Shown one piece after another: positions 8,070 through 15,816 of a stretch of 64,000 nucleotides of DNA. The translations under genes were made by a program, and so were the position numbers. Source of the DNA: a virus; the IMG/VR virus record IMGVR_UViG_3300042923_001201, positions 1 through 64,000 of that record; one strand, 5' to 3'. The notes under the pieces were generated by a model. That model saw nothing but the letters and a program-made list of their open reading frames with translations. It was not told where the DNA came from and did not search any database. Every line of letters begins with the position of its first letter. The first letter of the stretch is position 1.

Positions 8070-9404
8070 GTGGGATTATTTGACCGTTTTAGTTCAAAAA
8101 AAGCAAAAGAAGATAGAAGTATAGTGAGTTATTCTGGTGCTACGTCTACTGGAACAATTTTTTCTATGTTTTCAACAGCTACCGCAATTACGGAAGAACA
8201 AGCTATGAAAATTCCATCAGTTGTTGCTTGTACAGAGTTAATTAGTGGTTCTATAGCACAATTACCTATCTATCTCTATAGAGAAAACGAACAAGGCGAA
8301 GTTGAAAGAGTACCTAACGATAATCGAGTTTTTCTTCTTAATAGTGAACCAAACGATATGTTGAACGGTTTTAACTTTAAAAAGAAAATAATTAAGGACT
8401 ATTTGTTTTATGGTGTTAGTTACACAAAGAAAGAAATGGATAGGAATAATATATTAGAGCTCCATGCTCTTGATATGAATAATGTTCAGGTAACTAAGTA
8501 TATCATAGATGGATATAAGTTTGATGCTGATGTAAAGCTAACATATACAGGTGCAGACGATAACCATAAACAAAAAGTATTTAAACCTCACGAACTGATC
8601 ATGGTAACTCGCGATAGTGAAGATGGATTCACAGGTAGAGGCATACTTAATTCTGGTACAGATTTACTTCAGTTAGCTATAAATGAAATTGAGTATAGTT
8701 CAAACGTTCTTAAAAATGGCGCATTGCCTATTGGTGTGATTGAAACTGCTGCTAAACTATCAGAGACTGCAATTAAACGCTTACGCGCAGGTTGGGAAAC
8801 TCTATATGGTGGTTCGAAGAATGCTGGTAAAACAGTAATTCTTGAAGAAGGTCTTTCATATAAACCAATAAGTTTAAAACCTAATGATATGCAACTAAAT
8901 GACAGCAAAAAGGTAACTATTGCTGAAATTGCAAGACTATTTAATGTTCCTGAGAGTATGCTAAATGCTGATGCAAACAAATACGCTTCCAATGAACAAA
9001 ATAATCTACACTTCCTACAATATACACTGGCTCCGATAATTACATCATTAGAGTCAGCTCTTGACAAATCACTCCTTTTGGAAGAAGAAAAGCAAGCAGG
9101 ATATTATTTCCGCTGCGATGTTAGTGAAATTCTTCGTACAACTGAAAAGGAAAAAATTGAATCAGCCACACTGGGACTGAGTAAAGGAATCTTCTCGATG
9201 AATGAAACTCGCTCCAAATTTGACATGCACAAACTCAAAGACGATTACTTTATTTGGTCGTTAGGTAATGTATTGTTTAATCCTGCTACAGGTGAGATTA
9301 TTGTACCTAACATGCAAGGTAGTGCTGATTTAGATGATCCTATAAGTTCCCAAAATGTGAACAATGTTAAACAGCCAGTAAACAAGGGCAAAGGAGGTGA
9401 GTAG
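8070..9404 (+). CDS. HK97-family portal protein
   Basis: AMKIPSVVAC, NAGKTVILEEGL, EIARLFNVP motifs. Confidence 0.95.
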   Translation: MGLFDRFSSKKAKEDRSIVSYSGATSTGTIFSMFSTATAITEEQAMKIPSVVACTELISGSIAQLPIYLYRENEQGEVERVPNDNRVFLLNSEPNDMLNGFNFKKKIIKDYLFYGVSYTKKEMDRNNILELHALDMNNVQVTKYIIDGYKFDADVKLTYTGADDNHKQKVFKPHELIMVTRDSEDGFTGRGILNSGTDLLQLAINEIEYSSNVLKNGALPIGVIETAAKLSETAIKRLRAGWETLYGGSKNAGKTVILEEGLSYKPISLKPNDMQLNDSKKVTIAEIARLFNVPESMLNADANKYASNEQNNLHFLQYTLAPIITSLESALDKSLLLEEEKQAGYYFRCDVSEILRTTEKEKIESATLGLSKGIFSMNETRSKFDMHKLKDDYFIWSLGNVLFNPATGEIIVPNMQGSADLDDPISSQNVNNVKQPVNKGKGGE

Positions 9405-9407
9405 ATA

Positions 9408-10277
9408 ATGAAAATGGAATTGCGTATGGCTCCTATGAACATTGAGACTACTGAAGATGGTTCCCTAAAAGTTTCAGGTTATGTAAATAAAACTGAACAA
9501 TGGAGCGAACTGCTTGGTCGAAGAGACAGGTTCAAAGAAAAGATTAGTAAAGGAGCCTTTACTCGAGCAATAGATAAGTCAAATGAAATTCATTTCTTGG
9601 CCGAACATGACGGTAATAAAATATTGTCTTCGACAAGAAATAATTCGTTGGAACTGCGAGAAGATGAAGTTGGTTTGTTTATGAGCGCAGAAATTTGTCC
9701 AACCTCATGGGGTAAGGATTATTATGAACTTATTAAATCAGGTATACTTAACAATATGTCTTTTGGGTTCAGAGCTGTTAAGGACGCATGGAAAAAAGTT
9801 GATGGTTATTTTGAAAGAACTGTTAATGAACTCGAACTATTCGAGGTTTCTGTGGTTCGAGATCCTGCCTACTCACAATCGTCAATATCAGCACGAGGAA
9901 TTGACCTAGTAGAAGATGAAGTGCCTAGTTCTGAACTAAACCTTAGGACAATTGAAATAAGATCTGATGCAGATATTGAAGCAATTGCTAAAAAATTGTT
10001 TGAGATGATTACAAACAATGCTAAAATTGCTGAAGGTCATGAAAAAGACGAAACCGCTGAAGAAAAAACAGAGGAAGTAGTTGAAACAGAAGAAACTGTC
10101 GAAGTCAATGAGGAAATCTCTGATACGGAAACTAAGATTGAAGAAGATAGCAAAGAATTAGACGTTGAGGAACCTGTTGAAAAAACAGAAGAAACTGAAA
10201 TCGTCGAAACTGAAGCTAATACTCAAACTGAGGCTGACAAAATCAGAGACTTTATTAAAAAATATAAAGAAGTATAA
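9408..10277 (+). CDS. HK97-family prohead protease with acidic C-terminal tail
   Basis: F.EKI.KGAF, EHD, MSFGF, LFEVSVV..PAY motifs. Confidence 0.92.
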   Translation: MKMELRMAPMNIETTEDGSLKVSGYVNKTEQWSELLGRRDRFKEKISKGAFTRAIDKSNEIHFLAEHDGNKILSSTRNNSLELREDEVGLFMSAEICPTSWGKDYYELIKSGILNNMSFGFRAVKDAWKKVDGYFERTVNELELFEVSVVRDPAYSQSSISARGIDLVEDEVPSSELNLRTIEIRSDADIEAIAKKLFEMITNNAKIAEGHEKDETAEEKTEEVVETEETVEVNEEISDTETKIEEDSKELDVEEPVEKTEETEIVETEANTQTEADKIRDFIKKYKEV

Positions 10278-10295
10278 ACATAGGAGGATTTTTAA

Positions 10296-11462
10296 ATGAA
10301 TAAAAATCTTAAGGCACTAATCGAAAAACGAAATGCTACTCTTGATCAACTTGATCAATTGGCTAATACTGTTGAAACTGAAGTTCGTGGTTTGACTGCA
10401 GATGAAGATGCTCTGGTAGCTCAACTACAGGCTGATGTTGATAGTTTGGATAAGGCTATTAAATTGGCCGAACAACGTACCAAAGAAGGTACTGTTGTAG
10501 AAGATAAGGAGGATCGCTCTGTGGAAAAAGATCTGCAATATGAAATTCGCGCGGTCGAACAATTCCTTCGCAAACAAGAAGGCGAAGAAGTTCGTACCGT
10601 TACTGCTGGCGCTGCCCCAGGTTCATTGACTGTTCCTGTAAATCTTTCTAATTTGATTGTTGAGAAACTTTTTGAAGTTGCTGCTCTCTTCTCTCGAACT
10701 CGTTCATTTACGCCAGTTAATGGTACTCTAGAAGTTCTGCGTGAACAAACCATTGGTACCGCCGGTTTCGTTGGGGAACTGACAAACCTTGCTGCTAATG
10801 ACTTCACAATGGACAAGGTTCGTCTTACTCAAAAGCGGGCTGGTACCGCCATTGAACTGTCCCAACACATCATCAACGACTCTGGTATTGATGTAGTTGG
10901 TTATGCAATTAATCTGTTGGCTCGCCGTTTGGCACTTACCCTGGACCGTAACGTCCTTCAAGGTACTGGTGATGCTAATAACCAATTCGAAGGTATTCTC
11001 GGTCATGCAGATATCGGTTCTGTAGTAACTGCTGCAGCTGGTGCTGTTGGTACTGACGACCTGCTCGACCTGTATAACTCTCTGCACCCAGAATATCAAG
11101 GTGGAGCCGTGTTCGTTGTTAACCGTTCTACTTTCAGCAAGATTGTTAAGTTGAAAGATGCTAACAACCAGTACTACTTCGTTCGTGATATTACAGCTGC
11201 TGGTGCCGGTTATCGTCTGTTTGGTCTGCCTGTACTGATCACTGATGCTATGCCTGATATTGCTGCTGGTGAAACGCCTGTTCTTTTCATCAACTTCAAC
11301 GAAGCATACGCCACAATGATCAAGAAAGGTCTGAACCTGCAACACATCTTCGGAGATACACAACAAGCACTTCGTGGTTCCCACCTGCTGCTGCTGGACG
11401 GTTACTTCGACGGTAAGGTTCTTAACCCAGACGCCGCCAAGTTCCTCGAAATCAAAGCCTAA
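10296..11462 (+). CDS. HK97-fold major capsid protein with N-terminal delta domain
   Basis: Coiled-coil N-terminus; LQGTG..NQFEGIL; KLKDANNQY; LFGLPV; codon usage typical of high expression. Confidence 0.95.
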   Translation: MNKNLKALIEKRNATLDQLDQLANTVETEVRGLTADEDALVAQLQADVDSLDKAIKLAEQRTKEGTVVEDKEDRSVEKDLQYEIRAVEQFLRKQEGEEVRTVTAGAAPGSLTVPVNLSNLIVEKLFEVAALFSRTRSFTPVNGTLEVLREQTIGTAGFVGELTNLAANDFTMDKVRLTQKRAGTAIELSQHIINDSGIDVVGYAINLLARRLALTLDRNVLQGTGDANNQFEGILGHADIGSVVTAAAGAVGTDDLLDLYNSLHPEYQGGAVFVVNRSTFSKIVKLKDANNQYYFVRDITAAGAGYRLFGLPVLITDAMPDIAAGETPVLFINFNEAYATMIKKGLNLQHIFGDTQQALRGSHLLLLDGYFDGKVLNPDAAKFLEIKA

Positions 11463-11481
11463 TTTATTAGGTTCACAAAAT

Positions 11482-11519
11482 GCGGATCTGCTCAATTTGA
11501 GTGGGTCCGCTATTTTTTT
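11482..11519 (+). terminator. intrinsic terminator after the capsid gene
   Basis: GCGGATCTGCTCA/TGAGTGGGTCCGC plus T run. Confidence 0.8.
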
Positions 11520-11536
11520 ATATAAGGAGGAAGAAT

Positions 11537-12886
11537 ATGCTATTTAAAGTTAAACAGAATATGATGTTACACAATTTAGACTTAGAAGTTGGTGAAGTTT
11601 ACAACTCGAATGATTTTCCTCCAGGCCTTTATGAAAGTTTAAGTTCTGCAGGGATATTGGATGATTCATATAAGGCACTTGCGGAGCTGGTTGGAACTGG
11701 TAGTGGGGGTGGGGCTAGTGAAGAACAAATGGCCGAAATTAATCAAAAAATTTATGACCTGCAATTACTCGCAGGTGGAATAAGTTTGGCTCCTTCCACA
11801 AGTGAAACAATTACTGTCTCAGGCAGTGTTGTAAGATTAACATCAAACTCTGCTTTCACACGGGCTGTAGTTAGTATTGATAATAATTCAGTAAGGTTCT
11901 TTACTACAGGAGCGTCGCCCACAATAACAAGTGGTCATTTAGTAAGTCCAGGAGATATAGTTTTACTTCACGGCACTTCAGAGATTGATAATTTTAAGGC
12001 AATAGCTGTTAGTGGTCAAGCATCGTTGCAAGTAACCTATTATGTTGATGCAGACGGATCAATTCCTTCTACCCCTAAGGGCTTTACAATAGTCGAAGGC
12101 GATAAAAGTTTAGTTCTTTCCTGGACAGCGAATACTGAATCCGATCTATTGGGTTATAATGTATATCAAAACGGTGTTAAGGTTGCAAATGCAATTACAG
12201 GAACCTCTCACACAATAACAGGACTAACAAACGGAACTCAATATAGCGTGCAGGTATCTGCTGTTAATTTACAAAACGCAGAATCACCGAAAACTCCTGC
12301 AATAACAGGCACTCCTTATGATGTTAAATTGAAAGTCAATGATACATTTACAAGAGCAGACAATGCAACCTCGATGGGAACATCTGAATCAGGTCAGTCA
12401 TGGTCGGGTCTTGGTGGAACGTGGGGTATTATTGATGGTCAAGCGTATAATCCAAGTGCGACAAGTAATGGTGCTGTTGTAATTGAATCAGGAGTAAAAG
12501 ATGGTTCGGTTGAAGCAAATGTATTAATGGTTAGTGCGAACAGTACTTCAGACTTCGCAGGTCTTGTGATTAGAGCTGCAGATGCTGCGAACTTCATAAG
12601 TATAAGAGGCGATTCCTTAAGTCGTTTCGTTGTACACAAGAGAATAGCGAACGTATCTACAGTTCTTGGATATGCTTCAAAAACCTATACAGCCGGTCAA
12701 GTCCTGAACGTCAAATTAGTATTTAATCAAAAGAATATAGAAGTGTACTTTGATGGCACAAAGAGTACCACTATAACTCTTGATGATTCAGACTATCAAG
12801 TGTTCAAAGACAACACCAAGCACGGACTGTATAGTAAATCATTTGCAGGACAACGGTGGGATAACTTCCAAGTTAGATCGCTGTAA
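11537..12886 (+). CDS. putative head decoration/fibre protein (FN3 domain plus ConA/lectin-like C-terminal domain)
   Basis: FN3: P..P.GF....GDKSLVLSWTAN.ESDL.GYNVY..TGLTNGTQY.VQVSAV. C-terminal DTFTRAD...WDNF. Start at the ATG after AAGGAGG. Confidence 0.7.
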   Translation: MLFKVKQNMMLHNLDLEVGEVYNSNDFPPGLYESLSSAGILDDSYKALAELVGTGSGGGASEEQMAEINQKIYDLQLLAGGISLAPSTSETITVSGSVVRLTSNSAFTRAVVSIDNNSVRFFTTGASPTITSGHLVSPGDIVLLHGTSEIDNFKAIAVSGQASLQVTYYVDADGSIPSTPKGFTIVEGDKSLVLSWTANTESDLLGYNVYQNGVKVANAITGTSHTITGLTNGTQYSVQVSAVNLQNAESPKTPAITGTPYDVKLKVNDTFTRADNATSMGTSESGQSWSGLGGTWGIIDGQAYNPSATSNGAVVIESGVKDGSVEANVLMVSANSTSDFAGLVIRAADAANFISIRGDSLSRFVVHKRIANVSTVLGYASKTYTAGQVLNVKLVFNQKNIEVYFDGTKSTTITLDDSDYQVFKDNTKHGLYSKSFAGQRWDNFQVRSL

Positions 12887-12907
12887 TAGTGAAAGGAGAG
12901 TTTATTA

Positions 12908-14050
12908 ATGCAAATTATAAAAGGCTCGGCATCTTCTACACCAACGCCTTCGCCCACTCCTATTGCTGCTACTAGCAAAAAGATGATAGCTACGGGCGGA
13001 CATAATAGCATTAATTTATCATCTGACCCAGCAGATAATAACTGTACGTATGTTGTTAGGCATACGTGCAGATCTGCATGTGTTGATGTTCAGTTAATGT
13101 GGATTAATTATTATGCAAGTTCGGGCGACAATGTAGGAAGCGATCCCGTAACAATCAAATCAAGTATTGTTTATGAAGGAAGCGTCTATCCTATAAGTTT
13201 TAATGGACGAAGATCAGTTGTAATTGATCCGGGGACAACAGTAACCTCGGATAGCATCGGTGTTGAAATGAAAGAAGGAGACATTTTTTATACAAGAACG
13301 TTTGTGAGTGTCCCTGAAGGTGGTAAGTTTCCACAAGGCTATGTTACTACACCAGCAAAAGGCGAAGGTAAAACTGCAGGAGATGTTGTAGATTCAGCTA
13401 CAGGTCATAGCACTAATGTAGATTCAGCATTTAATCCTATCGTTATTATCGGAACTGAAAAAACTCCTAGACCATCTGTACTCCTTATGGGTTCAAGTAC
13501 TATGGAGGGGGCGGGGGATAGTTTTGATGGTGGTGGATTTGGTGAGCGTGCTTTTTCAGAGTTTGCCTGGACAAATATAAGCCGGGGTGGCGAAAGTGCA
13601 TATCATAATACTAGTGTAAGGAAGCAATTCCGCGCTCAGACATATAAATATGCAACTCATGCCGTTATTTACTATGGTTCCAACGATATTGGTGGGACTG
13701 CAGTACCAACAATCAAAGCTAACTTCCAAGCAATATGGGATGCATTGGCAGCGAGAGGAATTAAAGTCTGGCACTGTACGATTAACCCTAAGCCTAACGT
13801 GTCAGAAGGTGTTCAGACAATTAATACTACTGTTGAACAGCGAAGACAAGAAATTAACACTTGGCTAAAAACTTTGCCTGCACCACTTACAGGATGTCTT
13901 GATGTTAATGTTCCCGTAGAAGACTCTAGTAACCCAGGACTGTGGAAACCTGAATACTTGGCTGATGGCACTCATACGAACCAAGCTGGCCAAACAGCGA
14001 TTGCTAACTATATAAAAGCTACTTATATAGATACAGGTTTGTTTAAGTAA
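12908..14050 (+). CDS. SGNH/GDSL hydrolase (putative carbohydrate esterase)
   Basis: Blocks LMGSST.EG, NISRGG, YGSND, DGTH. Confidence 0.8.
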   Translation: MQIIKGSASSTPTPSPTPIAATSKKMIATGGHNSINLSSDPADNNCTYVVRHTCRSACVDVQLMWINYYASSGDNVGSDPVTIKSSIVYEGSVYPISFNGRRSVVIDPGTTVTSDSIGVEMKEGDIFYTRTFVSVPEGGKFPQGYVTTPAKGEGKTAGDVVDSATGHSTNVDSAFNPIVIIGTEKTPRPSVLLMGSSTMEGAGDSFDGGGFGERAFSEFAWTNISRGGESAYHNTSVRKQFRAQTYKYATHAVIYYGSNDIGGTAVPTIKANFQAIWDALAARGIKVWHCTINPKPNVSEGVQTINTTVEQRRQEINTWLKTLPAPLTGCLDVNVPVEDSSNPGLWKPEYLADGTHTNQAGQTAIANYIKATYIDTGLFK

Positions 14051-14056
14051 TATCAG

Positions 14057-14094
14057 AGCAGGAGAAATTTTATTTTAAGTTTCTCCTGTTTCTT
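14057..14094 (+). terminator. intrinsic terminator
   Basis: GCAGGAGAAAT/GTTTCTCCTGT stem plus T-rich tail. Confidence 0.65.
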
Positions 14095-14127
14095 GGTTTA
14101 CAAAATCTCCTAAAAAGGACATATCAT
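14095..14127 (+). promoter_or_regulatory. putative late promoter of the tRNA/neck operon
   Basis: GGTTTACA-17-CATATCAT followed by ATGTAAGGTAG, as at 5062. Confidence 0.55.
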
Positions 14128-14142
14128 ATGTAAGGTAGTTAT

Positions 14143-14217
14143 AGTCGTGTAGCTCAATGGTAGAGCAGAGTGCTGTTAACACTAAGGTTACAGGTTCGAG
14201 TCCTGTCGTGACTGCCA
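14143..14217 (+). tRNA. tRNA-Asn(GTT)
   Basis: Full cloverleaf, TTCGAGT T-loop, encoded CCA. Confidence 0.9.
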
Positions 14218-14218
14218 T

Positions 14219-14297
14219 ACAGGTGTAGAGGAGTTTGGCCGTCCTCGCTTCCCTTGGAAGGAAGAAATCGCAGGTTCAAATCCTGCCACTTGTACCA
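14219..14297 (+). tRNA. tRNA-Pro(TGG), atypical (A1-U72, A37)
   Basis: CTTCC-CT-TGG-AA-GGAAG anticodon arm; CCA. Confidence 0.85.
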
Positions 14298-14298
14298 T

Positions 14299-14370
14299 GG
14301 CGCGTTAGTCAAAGGGTTAAGACATCAGACTTTCAATCTGAAATTACGGGTTCGAGTCCCGTACGCGCAA
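14299..14370 (+). tRNA. tRNA-Glu(TTC), no encoded CCA
   Basis: TCAGA-CT-TTC-AA-TCTGA; ACGGG-TTCGAGT-CCCGT; G1-A72 mismatch. Confidence 0.85.
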
Positions 14371-14374
14371 TTTT

Positions 14375-14458
14375 ATTTAATTGTAAGGCGAAATGCCATT
14401 GGTTCACTTCTCGCTAGTGATTAAATGAGGCACCAACGATAAGGCCGCCCTCAGCCAA
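14375..14458 (+). ncRNA. structured spacer RNA; candidate HDV-like (theta-type) ribozyme
   Basis: P1 ATTTAAT/ATTAAAT, P2 TTGGT/GCCAA, P3 CAC/GTG, L3 TTCTCGCTA, P1.1 TC/GA; J4/2 CTCA is imperfect. Confidence 0.4.
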
Positions 14459-14463
14459 ACTAT

Positions 14464-14551
14464 GTTAGAGCTGCAGAGATGGCGATCTGTGACGGGCTGT
14501 AACCCCGTTGTCCTCAGGACTTAGTGAGTTCGAATCTCACCTCTTTCACCA
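14464..14551 (+). tRNA. tRNA-Tyr(GTA), long variable arm, two U-U acceptor mismatches
   Basis: ACGGG-CT-GTA-AC-CCCGT; GTGAG-TTCGAAT-CTCAC; CCA. Confidence 0.75.
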
Positions 14552-14552
14552 T

Positions 14553-14628
14553 ACTCCTTTAATTCAGTGGTTAGAGCGTCGGTCTTATATACCGGTTGTC
14601 CCTGGTTCGAGTCCAGGAAGGAGTACCA
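14553..14628 (+). tRNA. tRNA-Ile(TAT)
   Basis: ACTCCTT/AAGGAGT acceptor; TCGGT-CT-TAT-AT-ACCGG; CCA. Confidence 0.88.
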
Positions 14629-14629
14629 T

Positions 14630-14703
14630 ATGGGTTTAGTTCAATGGTAGAACAACGGCTTCCAAACCCGTGGACGTGGGTTCGATTCCTACAACCTGTG
14701 CCA
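14630..14703 (+). tRNA. tRNA-Trp(CCA)
   Basis: ACGGC-TT-CCA-AA-CCCGT; G73; CCA. Confidence 0.85.
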
Positions 14704-14753
14704 ATAATGAAATCACAATTTTAATTATATAAAACTCCTTTGGAGGTGACGTA

Positions 14754-14954
14754 ATGAAGCTAAAATTTACTCAAAGTGTATATTTAGTTGATTTAGAACG
14801 GATAGTTACAGTAGATGAAGAACTCGAATTAAGCGAAGCGAAAGGTAAAAGTTTCGTAAATGCAGGTTATGCGATTGAACTTGTTGAAGAAGTTAAGGTT
14901 GAAAAACCAAAACGCACAACCAAAAAGCAGGAAAAAGAAACTGGTGATGAATAA
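14754..14954 (+). CDS. small head-associated protein
   Basis: GGAGGTG RBS; resembles small proteins that follow capsid genes (ELSEAKGKSFVNAGYA). Confidence 0.65.
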   Translation: MKLKFTQSVYLVDLERIVTVDEELELSEAKGKSFVNAGYAIELVEEVKVEKPKRTTKKQEKETGDE

Positions 14955-15292
14955 TGTTTCCTAAAATAACTGATCTTGATTTAACCTTTGTAAAAGAATA
15001 TTTAAAGGTCGATTACGAAGATGAAGACATGTTTATTTCAGGTCTTATTGTAGCATCTAAATCTTATATCCAAACGTTATTGGGATACAAAATATCAACA
15101 AGGTTTCCCGAACCTGATGATATTCCTGATGAACTGACAATAGCTTGCATTATGATTATTGCACATTGGTTTGACAATAGGCAAATTCAACAATCAGGTA
15201 CCTTAGGTGATGAAATGGGTCATGCTTTCAGCGCTATTATAAGTGCTCATAAAGAACCTATCAAGGAAGATTGGGAGAATTACAATGCTTAG
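14954..15292 (+). CDS. head-tail connector (HK97 gp6/SPP1 gp15-like)
   Basis: LTFVKEYLKVDYEDED..I..LI.A; IAHWFDNR. Confidence 0.9.
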   Translation: MFPKITDLDLTFVKEYLKVDYEDEDMFISGLIVASKSYIQTLLGYKISTRFPEPDDIPDELTIACIMIIAHWFDNRQIQQSGTLGDEMGHAFSAIISAHKEPIKEDWENYNA

Positions 15293-15800
15293 GGTGAGGA
15301 ATACCACAAGACGAGATTTTGATAGTTTTGTCAATCACCTTGCCTCGATAGGTCATAATGGATTTGATGCAATGTTAGCAACCATGCATGAAGTGGCAGA
15401 AGACGGATTAGAGCACATGCAAAACGAGGCAAGTAAGCGTACAGCTGAACGTACAGGTAGACTATTAGATTCCTTTACGTTAGGTAATAGGTTGTGTGTT
15501 TATGATGTTGGTGAGTATGATGTAGTCTTCGGTTCAGCCCTTTATTATGCAGGAATGGTTGATGCAGGCCACGCTATTGTCCCACCTGGATACAGAAAAG
15601 ATTATAGAAAACAGAAACGGCGCAAACAAGAAAACCAAAGATATGACTATTATGAAGGTGCTCATTTCTTTAACCCTGCTTTTAATAAAGTTGAGAATGA
15701 CTTTACACGGAAAATGAGTCAAGATCTTGGTTTGGTTGTTAGCAACACTTCGTTTGCAAAAAGACAAGCGAAGCGTAAAAAACGTAGAGGTTCTGTATAG
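15285..15800 (+). CDS. HK97 gp10-like tail completion protein
   Basis: RTGRLLDS, YAGMVDAGH, G.HFF.PA motifs; start reassigned to ATG 15285. Confidence 0.8.
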   Translation: MLRVRNTTRRDFDSFVNHLASIGHNGFDAMLATMHEVAEDGLEHMQNEASKRTAERTGRLLDSFTLGNRLCVYDVGEYDVVFGSALYYAGMVDAGHAIVPPGYRKDYRKQKRRKQENQRYDYYEGAHFFNPAFNKVENDFTRKMSQDLGLVVSNTSFAKRQAKRKKRRGSV

Positions 15801-15816
15801 GAAGGGGTGACGACTT

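Noticed and set aside
10728-11495. 255-aa minus-strand ORF (also 20074-20781, 8669-9067, 26529-26960 and similar)
   Set aside because: Antisense shadows of clearly identified structural genes; no RBS or motifs.
14235-14417. 60-aa ORF (likewise 3355-3600 and 4519-4719)
   Set aside because: Overlaps tRNAs or structured RNAs; no RBS.
14143-14703. Alternative genetic code or suppressor tRNA
   Set aside because: No stop-reading anticodon, and genes are full length under the standard code.
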